From positions 7,316,001 through 7,380,000 of the forward strand of contig JBHGNT010000009.1 in assembly GCA_043228905.1 (NCBI GenBank): 64,000 nucleotides of DNA, given 5' to 3'. The DNA comes from Azolla caroliniana (taxonomy: Eukaryota > Plantae > Polypodiophyta). This document shows positions 39,213 to 51,139 of this stretch, piece by piece. The notes under the pieces are model-generated. The model saw only the letters and a list, made by a program, of their open reading frames with translations, had not been told where the DNA came from and searched no databases. Within the stretch, counting starts at the first letter, position 1, and the number at the start of each line of letters is the position of its first letter. Made by a program: the position numbers and the translations under genes.

Positions 39213-40975
39213 GTTTTTTTCCCCCCAAAAAAATCACTACTTCGCATTAGTTAGCAAACAATTACATCATAGACCACCAAAAATTCAGCAACCCTCACTT
39301 TGGCCTTCTCACCAAAGTGGACATAGTCCCCACCTCATTTACAACAAAAGTATCCACAACTCCTATAACCTAGTAATTTGTACCATATCTATACATAGTT
39401 ACAACACCTGGGCAACACCTGGGCACTGATGGAAGCCATTGGGGGAAACAACCATCGAGGTGCTTGGTAGTTCCATTCAAACCTTGATGATGATCTGCCC
39501 ACCATAGGAGAAGTACCCCATTTCATCAAGAACTTTGACTGAGCTCTTTCAGCTGCATCAGCTTCCCCCTGAATTGAGTTGTACCATCCCCGCAACCAAG
39601 ATACCAGCTCGAACCAAATATTTAACAACACCTCACCGCTAGGGATCTTTTGCTATTGAAAAACAAACTTACAATGCCTGGTCCAAATGTGCTAGATCGA
39701 TAAACAAGCCACCATCATCCATATCTCTTCAAAAAATTCTGAGTTAGTGCAAGGTCGAACTCCAGCACGTTGAAACACCTTGCCACCCTACACTATAAAT
39801 CCATGACCATGGGGGTTTAACTGTTCAGCCCAGCCTTCCCCTGTTAACTTCAGCCCCTGTACGGACCCCGATACCACTCTCCCATTCACGCCGCATGCTG
39901 ACACTATCCTGAGACTTATACCCTAAATGTTAATAGCCTCTCCACAATTCCAAAAACAATGAGGAATTGATTCCAAAGGGTGTCCACATATCTTGCAACC
40001 AGCCTCACCACCATGACACCTGAGCCACTCCCTCACCGGTATCGCTTTATGACTAAGAAGCCACAACCAAAGCTTTATTTTTTCTGGCATACCGAATGCC
40101 CATAGTCTCCTCCAAAAGGACTTCAACAAGTCATCAGAAATGCCTTTATCCTTCCAACTATTGCGAGTTAGAGCAACACCCATAGATTTGGAGCCAATGA
40201 TTTGCCTTCCTAGCTTAGTAGTGTACTCGAAAAACCGTTCCACTTTGTATGTTCCCAGTTTCTACCACCACACCTATAGTGGGTCCCAATCCAACTCACA
40301 TACGAGCTTGTTGTCAACTATCCAAAGCTTACAATCAGATTCTAGCTTCCCTGGGTCCAGGTTTACTTGCCACTTCTTTCCTTCCAACACTGCCAACCAC
40401 TAGCCATTGTTTGCCAAAGCACTTAGGTTGCCCCACAAACGATACTCATTAGATGGGCACCTGCCCCGGATAATTTGTGCATCGCCCTCACCTACAAACC
40501 ACCCAAACCAGACCCCGTCTTCTTCATTTAGCCTAGCTAGACCATCAACAACCTTATCTATCAAAAGGGTCACCTTTTCTAGCCTGCCAGTAAACCTAGT
40601 ACCACCAACCAGACCCTCCCTTCTTTTCCTTTTGAAAACCTCCCAGTCTCTTATTGAACTAACATTGTACCCTACCATTTGTCCCCATGGCAAGTATTTT
40701 TTCTGGCCAAGCATCATACCGTCGGGTGTCCAGAACAATGGTTGACGGAGCTGTTCCTCCATTGTTTTTGGTTGCATTAAGACCAACCCCTGCCTTAAAC
40801 TTGATCAGGCCCTCATTATGGTGCGGTCCACCCTATCCTCCATGCTAGTCGGTTCTTTTAACTTTAGGCCTGGACCAAACAACCACCACTGCTTTGCCTT
40901 CCAAGGGCCACCGTTCCTCCGACACTAGAGTTCAGCTCTGTCCCTAAGAAGCAACTTCCACAATTCTGGTCCAGG
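39213..40975 (-). mobile_element. 5'-truncated L1-type LINE, 3' portion with zf-RVT
   Basis: ORF 39923-40243 PEKIKLWLWLLSHKAIPV...CKIC...ESIPHCFWNC; adjacent ORFs 40400-40786 and 39389-39631; boundaries approximate. Confidence 0.8.
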
Positions 40976-41429
40976 CTATTCTTGTTTAGATATAAACTAA
41001 CCTTTTGTCAATCTAGAAGATGACATCATTTACATTAAAACGAAGCTTTGGTGAAATGAATCCTCCTAGAACAATTTTTGCAAACATTATGTACTACAAT
41101 ATTTTCTCCCACATGCCACATATCTCTAGTATGCAAGAGGATATACATGTATGGTTGCTCTTTTATTGATGAAAAAGGTGTTGATTTATATGGAAATTTA
41201 CATCTACAAATGTGAAGTAGTATACTTTCATGGAATCATACTCATGATTTACATGTATAAAACACAATGGAAATAGTCTGATCCAGTAAATGTTGAAAGT
41301 AATGTGGATTACATCCATAAAATTTCACTTGGACAATAGATGTTAGAATTAGATCATAACACTTGATGTATTGATCTTAAATATACAAGAGGATTTGAGT
41401 ATATGAAATAGTGCAAGATAACCATTTTT

Positions 41430-42780
41430 GTGCATGAACTTCAAAAAATTTCATATGTGTGCAAAGATGGTTGAGGATATGATGCAAAAGAAAATGTTTC
41501 AAAATAATGTGGCTTTTGTAGACTTCAAGAAAGTGTTTGATATGGTACCTCATGAGCATCTTTGGAGAAAAATCAAAGAACAGGCGATGATACCAAGTGA
41601 GTATATGTTTACAATTTTTGAATTTATATGAAGATGATACGTTATAAGAGTGTACAATATAGAAATTTTCATATTTTCATTGTAACCATCATTGGTATTA
41701 AGGATGCCTATTCTCACCCATTTGCTTTGGTTTATGCACCGATGAATTGAAACAAATGGTTAATACGTTTGCAAATCAAGACGACATTGAAGAAGTTACT
41801 ATTGGAAATGTAGTTATCATACTTTTGTTATATGCGAATGATGTAGTATTTTTTGCAAATACTTAAAAGAGGTCGCCCAAAACCTTATGAGTGTATTGGA
41901 ATTTTTTTGTATGTATAGTAAGTTTGTCGAGAATCAAGCTCAACCCATCCTAGTGTGTAAACACGTTAGAGAGTTACACACCACCACTATGTAATATAAC
42001 TAATGTGTCATAGGAATTACATTCTATGACACATTGTTAATGAGTCTTGTAACATAACTCAGTGTCATAGGAGTTACACTCTATAACACATAGTTAATGA
42101 GATTCCCCACTCCCTAAGATTGTAGAGAGTGAGTGAGTGAGTGGTTTAGTGAGACGGTGACCTTATATAAATTACCCTACTCCTACTTTGTAAGTGTCGG
42201 TTAATCTCCCATGTAATGCTCTTATTTTTGTGTAGATGCTATTCTTTACTCCTTGTTAATATACATCTTGAGTATTCTATTTTCCTATCTATCTTGTATT
42301 TCTTCTCTCTCCTCTTTCACACACACATAACACACATCTCTAATCTATTCTGTTGCAGAGAATCACACTCGATTCTTTACAAAGTTCAATGTCAACATTT
42401 CCAAAATGAAGGATATGGTTGGGAAGGCTCAAAAGAAGGATTTATTATGCATTCTAATAGCCTCTTGAAATCATGGAAAGCATCAACTGTCTTATTTTGG
42501 GCTTGAGGCTCCCTCAAATCATAGATGGAATGAGTGTGCTACCACGCTATTATGGATCAAACTAATCATGAGCAAAATAATAAGAGATTAAGGAGAAGAA
42601 TGGGTTAAGGGTGCTTAAGCACACCTTCAATCCTCAAGCAAAGGATATAAGACAAATGTAACGTCCCATACCATCAAATATTACCTTATGATATACTTTG
42701 GTTGTTGAAGTACCAGATCTATAGAAGCGAGCTTTGCATCACTAATAAAGTCTTGAAAGTATTTAAAGATGCCATACTAA
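41430..42780 (+). pseudogene. Decayed RTE-like LINE reverse transcriptase fragment, interrupted by a solo LTR
   Basis: AFVDFKKVFDMVPHEHLW, GC.FSP and LLYANDVVF motifs; boundaries approximate. Confidence 0.7.
41925..42381 (+). mobile_element. Copia solo LTR (457 bp) of the element A/C LTR family
   Basis: TGTCGAGAATCAAGCTCAAC...GATTCTTTACA; TSD AAGTT (41920-41924 and 42382-42386). Confidence 0.92.
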
Positions 42781-42789
42781 AGGGGTAAT

Positions 42790-43276
42790 TGTCAGAATTG
42801 AGGCAATATAATCATAGAAAGAGAGAGAGAAAGTGTGATACCAAAAGAAATAGGTGAGAAAGTAGTAGATAGAGAGAGAGTAATGATGGAAGGGAACATG
42901 TATTAAGAGAAAGAGATACAAGAGAGAGCTTACTTGGAGGACTCAAGACTAGTGTTGAACCGGAATGGTTTGACAAGAGTGAGGGGGCTTCATTATATCG
43001 TGGGTCATGGAACATTCTAGGGTTTTCTAGAATGTTTCAAGGTTTTACCCATGATATTATTTTATAACTATTAATATCAGATTGCTTAATGGTTAAGTCC
43101 TTGGCATATGTATACTTAGGTTAGGGCTTCAAGTCTTGTCATCACATTGTGTCCATCACAAAATGATGGCAATTTGATAATAAAAGGTATAGATTAGATA
43201 GGTTAATGTTTAAGTCCTTGGCACATGTATGCATAGGTCATGGGTTTAAGCCTTGCCATGGTATAATGGCTGAACA
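42790..43276 (-). mobile_element. Probable LTR remnant related to the Tcn1-like LTR at 44784, with two tRNA-like A/B-box units
   Basis: Shares the layout of GAACATTCTAG motif, tRNA-like segment and CT-rich end; no TSD found. Confidence 0.45.
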
Positions 43277-43309
43277 CCTAAGGCTCCCAAACCACTACAC
43301 ATTTCCTTG

Positions 43310-43529
43310 TGTCATTAGTCCTAATTGGTTTGTTATAGTTCTTAGGATAACTGGTTTCTCAACCATCTTACACTAACCCATTAAAATTAGCTATAAAATT
43401 GGTTCATGTCATTAGTCTTAATCCTAATTGGTTTGTTGTAGTTCCTAGGATAATAGGTTTCCCAACTACCGTACACTACCCATTAAAATTAGCTATAGAA
43501 TTAATTCGTAAGGTTATGCCCATAATATG
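43310..43529. repeat. ~100-bp tandem repeat; the array continues at 63785-64000
   Basis: Units ...GTTCTTAGGATAA..GGTTTCTCAAC.ATCTTACACTAACCCATTAAAATTAGCTA... on both sides of element F. Confidence 0.8.
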
Positions 43530-43634
43530 TGTTAAGAATTAGGTAAGTAATTAAGTAAGGGTTAATTAGTACCTAATTTTGTGATTAGTTGATAAGCGAA
43601 AGATTAAGTGATATGTGTGTGTATGCGTGTGAGA

Positions 43635-43697
<63 letters not shown>

Positions 43698-44783
43698 GTT
43701 AACACAAGTATGAACAACACAAGATGGGGGATGATTAACTCTATATTAAATTAGCATTATCCTCATCAAATACAAAAATACCCACAATGAGGTATATATA
43801 GATCTCATGTGCAAGGGTGCACATGTGTGAGGAGAATATAGGTACAAGGGTGTATGTCCTACATTAAATGTACTTGGGAGTGGAGGATCTAGAATATCCC
43901 ACTAAAGTACAAGGTCCTATTTAAGGCGTTATAGTCAACACTTACAACTAGATTCTATCTAGGTAACTACGAAGTTACATGGTTGACTAACTAACTAAAC
44001 TAAGTTGAGCTTGATCTCTCAACACGCCCCCTCAAGCTCAAGTGTGAGACGTCCGACATCCTATTTTGCTTTCGGCATTGTCTGGCTTCTGTGCAGCTTC
44101 TGTCCGGCCTTCGGCTTTCTTCGCCGTGGCAATCTCGGGTCCTCCCCCTCAAGCTGGTGATGAAGGCTTGTAGATTGTGGGCGAAGGCCAACTACTTCCA
44201 CCCATCGTGGGTTACGAGCCGCTTCGGTGGAGCTCTTGGGCTCTTGTTCGGTCGCTACCTTCATTGCGAAGGCATAGTGATGGGCCATGTACTCGTAACC
44301 GAGCCGAGTGACGTGGTTCTTAGCTCTAGATGAGCGTCGAAGTTTTTCGCTCATTGATGTGAGCGCCCTCTTTACTCCGGGTGTCCGCATGATGGGTACA
44401 CCAAACTCACTGTCTAGTGAGTGAGCCAACGCATCCGAATCACTGTCGTCGGGGTGGTCGACTTCGTATTCGGGCATCTTACCTTTGCCTTTGTCCATGG
44501 TCATACTTGGCCACGGCGTGCTTGGGTCACGTGGGGGCTCTTGTGGCCCACTAAGCCTTGTCGTAATCGGACTTTCTTCGAACATGTGTTCGAAGCGATC
44601 TCCATCTTCTACATCTTGTTCGGCGGATTCTGGGTTGGAGTCGAAGTTATCTTTGGTGCGTATCAAGATGCGGACTCATCGAAGACTACGTCTTGACTTA
44701 CCCTAACCGCTTGGGTAGAAGGGTTGTAGCACTTGTATGACTTCTTCTCGGACGAGTATCCTATGAGGATACATTCCTCTGAC

Positions 44784-47700
44784 TGTCATGAATACATAAA
44801 CATCATGGCTTCACCTGGGCTTGAACCCAAGACCTTGTAATACATAATCAACAACCCCACCATTAAGATAGCCCATGATCATATGAGATGATAAAAGCTA
44901 CTTCTTGCAATACACTGATTATTGTAAATACTCTGGAACATTCTAGAACATTCTAGAATATCCAAGAACATTCTAGAATATCCTAGAACATCTTAGAATA
45001 TTCTAGGTGAAGAACATTCTAGAACATTATAGAAATCTCTAGGCTATTCTATAGGAACCTATAAATAAGGGCATACATGAACTCTCAAATCAATTCAAAT
45101 CAACACTAGTCTTAAGCTCTCATTGCCTATCTTGTATCCATACTCATTCTACTTTAATATATTCATTCTTTTCTTATCATTTCATTCCTCTCTTCTTGTG
45201 ATCTCTTTATACCTTTCTTCTGTCACTCTATCTTCTCTCTTGGTTGTGACAGTTTGATTCAAATTTCTCTCTCCTTTATTCCTCCTCTATAAACATCACA
45301 AAACCATGACCACCATCAACTTAGAAGAATATCTCTCCCTTGTTGCTGAAATGGAGAATCTTAAATCCAAGTTCGCATCTCTTAAATTAGAGAATCAACG
45401 TCTTCTTGGAGATCTACAAAAGGTTACTGTGGAGAAGCAACAACAATAAGAGGAGTTTACGCGACTAGAGTCTACAATCGTAATGTGCAACAACTAGAGT
45501 CTACAATCGTAATTTTACAACAACAAAGGGTCGACGGTCAAGGAATTATCAAGGAGCCCAAAATTAGCCTCCCTGCTAAATTTGATGGTTCGAGGGCACA
45601 TTTCCGAGGTTTCTTGAATCAAGTGCGGTTGGTAATTCAAATGCATCCCACGCGTTATTCGACAAATGCATCTCGAGTTGGGTTAGTGGGAACCTTATTG
45701 ACTGGCATAGCGTTGTCTTGGTTTGCTCTATTATTAGAGACGAATTCTCCTCTACTCCATAATTTGGAATTTGTCAAAGAATTTAAAGCTTGCTTTGGAG
45801 ATACAGATAGGGCAAGAACAACAATCAACAAGATTCGTACACTACGTCAAGGTGATCAGCCAACATCGACATATGTGGCCAATTTTCGTCTCATCGCAAG
45901 CGATATTCCTTGGGACGAACAAGCCCTAATGGAGCAGTTTTGTTCTGGTCTTCGTAGCGATGTAAAAGACTTACTTCTTACATTCCCCGAGGATCCAAAA
46001 TATCTTACAAAAGCTATTAGTCGAGCAATACGATGCGATAACTGTCTTTTTGAGCGTCGATGTGAACGACAACAAATAACAAGGTCAAGATTCAAACCAA
46101 CTTATGCATCAGTAACGGCACAATCATCTCCAAGGCAAACATATAGCCCTGCTCCAACTTCGAGGCAACCACGTAGTCCAACCCCAATAGATAGGCCTAC
46201 ACCCATGGAGATCGATATGATGCAACGACGAGAACCGTTGTCGGATGAAGAGAAACAACGACGTCGAGCAAACAATCTGTGCTAATATTGCAGAGGTCTA
46301 GGACATATAGCCATTACTTGCTTCCGAAGGCCAAGGCGTCAGGTAAATCAAATTCACTATGACAATAAAATTGAGTCCAATATTTTAAAACCACTTAGTG
46401 ATCCTAATATTATGAATAATCCACCCTTGTCCAATAAGTTTGAAGTCCTAAGACAATTAGAAGAGGAGTCAAACGAATAAGTCCGGCCAAAATAGGAGCC
46501 ATTTGGTTGGACAACTCTAGATCTATACAACCTAGTGTAGGTTCCATTTCTTCCAAGCATGTTAGTGGAGTCTTCTCAGCCCAAGTACAAGTTAGGACAC
46601 TAAGTTGTCAACTTCAGGTCCAAGCCCTCTTAGATACCGGTGCCAATTCTTGTTTCATGGATAGAGAATTTTACCCAAAAACATAAAATATCCTTCCATA
46701 TCCTTCCTTGTCTAGTTTCTGTAGTAGTGATTGATGGACGTCCCATAGCTTCCGGGAAGATATTCGAAGAGTTTGAGCCAATCCACATACTCTTAGGTGA
46801 TTTAGGATGTGTAGTTTCCTTTAACATAATATGTAGCCCCGAGCATCCAATTGTCCTTGGTTTGCCGGTTTGAGCTACATAACCCAAAAATCGATTGGAG
46901 GAGGCGAGAAATTTGGTGCCCTTCATCAGACAACATCATTGCTAAGGATCGAACCCAAGACTCTTCCCTTAAAGAACATAGTTCTACCACTACACCATCT
47001 CCTTTTCATCAAATCTCAACCATTACATTGCAACAATTGTCCTTAGTGGGAGGAAAGGAGGAACTTTTGTTATTTGCAGTATCAGTGACACCTTCTAGTG
47101 CCACTCAAGCGAATTCAGACATCCAAATTCCCAAAAAATATGAAGAAGATGCTGATGTCTTTGATAAAGTCAAAGCTAATGTACTTCCAAAGCATCGGTT
47201 GTACAACTGTCCCATTGATCTTCAACCAGGAAAAGAGCCACCGTGGGGTCCGATCTACAATCTATCACCTTCATCAACTACACCGGATTCAATTAGCGTT
47301 ATCTTCACATCTTCACGCAGCTCAAGCACAACATAAGACTAATGCAGATTGCTATCGTCTTAAGTCTCCTTTTCAGGTTGGTGACCGAGTATGGTTGCTT
47401 CATCATCACATCAAGACTACTCGACCTTGTGAGAAACTCGATTATCAACGCTTAAGTCCTTTTCTCATCATGGCGCGGATTAATGATGCAACCTTTCATC
47501 TTAACCTTCCAGCACACATGCAACTTCACCTAGTATTTCATATCGCACCTCTTCCATTCCTAATCGAGTCGTGCCACCTTTGCCCTCTATTGAACTTGCT
47601 GACGACCCCGAATATGAGGTAGCTGCTATTCTTGATTCTAAGATTGTGCACAATAAGCTCTATTAAATATGAGGTAGATGCTATTCTTGATTCTAAGATT

Positions 47701-48329
47701 GTGCGCAATAAGCTCTATTATCTGGTTGATTGGGTAAGCTATCCTCTGAGTGATCGCACTTGGGAACCCGTCAATAATGTTTCTAATGCTCAAGCTCTTG
47801 TCGACGACTTCCACCACCGCTATCCAAATAAACCGGGCCCTACATTGTTAACGCCGACTTCTACTCGTCATTCTCGAAGGGGAGATAGTGTCATGAATAC
47901 ATAAACATCATGGCTTCACCTGGGCTTGAACCCAAGACCTTGTAATACATAATCAGCAACCCCACCATTAAGATAGCCCATGATCATATGAGATGATATT
48001 TATAGCTACTTCTTGTAATACATTGACTATTGTAAATACTATGGAACATTCTAGAATATCCTAGAACATCTTAGAATATTCTAGGTGAAGAACATTCTAG
48101 AACATTATAGAAATCTCTAGGCTATTCTATGGGAACCTATAAATAAGGGCATACATGAACTCTCAAATCAATTCAAATCAACACTAGTCTTAAGCTCTCA
48201 TTGCCTATCGTGTATCCATACTCATTCTACTTTAATAGATTCATTCTTCTCTTATCATTTCATTCCTCTCTTCTTGTGATCTCTTTATACCTTTCTTCTG
48301 TCACTCTATCTTCTCTCTTGGTTGTGACA
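44784..48329 (+). mobile_element. Internally deleted Ty3/gypsy chromovirus G, Tcn1/sushi-like; LTRs 44784-45251 and 47889-48329
   Basis: TSD CTGAC (44779-44783 and 48330-48334); PPT GAAGGGGAGATAG; gag 45485-46285, protease LLDTGAN, integrase C-terminus and chromodomain. Confidence 0.93.
45306..47890 (+). pseudogene. Gag, protease, integrase tail and chromodomain of chromovirus G; RT, RNase H and integrase core absent
   Basis: PAKFDGSR..FRGFLNQV, LRQG....TY...F, PTPMEID, C.YC...GH....C, PPWGPIYNLS followed directly by FQVGDRVWL, then YEVDAILDS...YYLVDWVSYPLSDRTWEP. Confidence 0.88.
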
Positions 48330-51139
48330 CTGACTTTGCATCGGGCTTTTGTCGTTGTTCGTTCGGGATGCGTACATTCGCAATGCTTTTGAACACCTTG
48401 AGGTGCGATAGGATCAACTTCCTTCTGACGAGGAGCTCGTATGGAGTTAGCTCATGCACTCCATTAGTGGTGCATCGATTCATCAGATAGACGTCCGTGG
48501 ATGCCGCTTCGGCCCAATAGAAGTTCGGCATGTTCTTCTCGTGCATCATGGCGCATGCTACCTCGAATATTTACCGATTCTTCCTTTTGGCTACTCCATT
48601 TCGTTGGGGTGTGTGTCGGCATGAGAATTCTCTCTGAATTCCTTTACTTTGGAGGTAGGAGGTGAATTCATCGGAGAAGTACTCCTTGCCTCCATCCGAT
48701 CGTAGGCATCGAATGAGCCGACGGGTTTCTTTTTCGACTTGGTCCTTGAGCTTTTGGAAGTGGGAGAACACTTCTCTCTTCTTCTTCATCGGGAAGATCC
48801 ATGCGTAGCGCAAGTAGTCGTCGATGAAGGTGACGTAGAATCCGCCGATCGTCGACGTTTGAGCCGGTCCCCATACGTCCGAGTGTATGATGTTGAGGAG
48901 GCCTTTGCTTGCGGAGCCCTCCTTCGTAAATGGGAGTTGATGTTGTTTGCCGAGTTGACACACTTCGCATACTCAGTCGACTTGTTTTGACTCGAATGTC
49001 GGAAGTCCGATGACAACTCCCTTTGTTTGCATAGCTCGGAGCCGTTGGAGGTTTATGTGGTTGATTCTCTTGGAGAGAGTTCAATGGTTCTAAATAGAAT
49101 GTGATGTAAACCTTGTTGTTCTATATACAAGCAATGTGCTAACCTACATACTTCTCTTAGCAGTAGAGTTACTCTTAAGTTCATTAGTTGTTGTTGGGAG
49201 CTATGTTCTCTTCCATATTATCATCATTATTTGCCTTAGTAATATAGGTTCTAGAGTGGGTCTCGTAGTTGATTGGGTTGGGGGTGTCAATAGTTGCCAT
49301 TTGATTTATGTCCAAACATTCCTAATCTCAGAATTTATCAGTATGCCTAAACTACTTTTATGATATTTTAGAAGCACATCCTGTTCTTAGGCTACTAGTT
49401 CGGGAAATTCTGTTATGTTTCATATCTCTTCTTTAGGGTTTGGACAAGTTGCTAGGCATTGTTTTCATCTTGTTTCCCTTTCTTCATCCTTCCCATCATC
49501 TTCGACTCAGACCAAATTCTTCGTTATTGTGGGCACGTGCAAGACATTCTTGATGCAAATTTGTTCGCCTTCTTTCCCGAATGGGACATTGCCGATGTGC
49601 CAAATGGGATGTGTGGTGTCGTCACCCGTCTCTATGACGCCGGGTCGATCGGGTGTGCGCAAATCACTGAACCACTCTTCGTGGGATGTCATGTGATGTG
49701 AGGCGCTAGAATCGACGAACCACACGTCTTCTGAGTTGGAGGTGCTTGTGGAGTTGGAGGCCATCATAGAGTTCGTTGTATACGAAGTTGTTGGCATAGT
49801 TTGTGAGTTGTCGGCTTGTCGAAGCCGACTCACTTCTCTTTTTCTGACACTCCTCTTCGCAGTGGCTGATTTTGCCGCAATAATTGCAAGGTGCGGGCCT
49901 CATTTGATGACCTTGTTCAGCATGGAAGCTCCCCCTTTTCTTGAAGGTTCCTTGATGGCTTTCGTGAAGGTTTGAGTTTGTAAAAACAAATAGCGTGCGG
50001 AAGCAATAGAAAATAGAAAACAGAGAACAGGTTTAATGGAGAGCTTGTTCAGCCTATCCGGCTCCAATTGAGCTTGCCGCTCAACACTCCCCCTCAAGCT
50101 CAACTTGAGGTCCGGTCATAGTGTCAACGTCTGTGGCAACCAGTCCTTCTGCCCTGCTCCTTCTGGCGTCACTCCACCTTGCTCGCGCTCCTCGTCCGGT
50201 CCGGTTCTGTTTGCCGTGACCCCTCTTGTTCTACGCACCTCGACCTCCTCGGTCGGCTTGTCTGCTCAACAGGCCCAATTCAGCTCCGTCGCTGCTGTGA
50301 CTTCGGCGCGTGCCGGTTCGCCGATTCCTTCGTGTTGGCATCGACTTTCGCTGCCTTCTCGTCCTCTTGGTCTTGAATTGATTCGGTTCTTTCGAATCTG
50401 TCTGTTGAACCGAATCGATTGTCTCTGATTCGTTCCAACTCTTGTCCGAATCGGTTGCTCCCGATTCGTCTTCTGGATCTAGGCCCTTCACCACATCGGA
50501 CCATGTCCGGGTCTTGGCCTTCTTCTTCTGGTCAGCTCTGTTCTTCTTGACTCTGCCGCCGCTGCCGCTTGTTTTGACTTGTTCGGATGTGTCGACTTCC
50601 TTTGTCGACTCAGCTCCTTTCTTCTTCTTGTATTAGAGACATGTACTAAAGTAAGCATTAGATAAGGATACATCTAGGTAGATAGAAAGAAAGGAGAAAG
50701 AGAAAGAAGGGTGCCGATCCACCCGACCACCCCCGACCAAAGGGATCGAGATGGAATTGAGCCTCTATCAACGTCCCATACCACCGCCGTGGCGTCGAGT
50801 CGTACCTGGTGCTGACGCGCTCGCTACAAGAGTTGACCCACCACAAGACAAAGTCTCGACGTAGTCCACAAGTTGATGAAATGAGGGTAGCTAGGCCTCT
50901 TATTTATAGCGATACCCTAGGCCCCCAGGCAAGTTCACACTTGGCCTAATGGGTTGTCTCAATCCCGAGGATTAAAAGTAATCCTCCCATTCTTTACACT
51001 CTCGTTTAACCCTCACACTTATCCACGTGTATAGAATACTACGGTAAATTCTCACCACGGGATATTATATGGTCATGCCCGTAACATACTCCCCCTCTTT
51101 AAAACATTGCAAGAGTGCAATGGAAAGTTAGGGAAGTTA

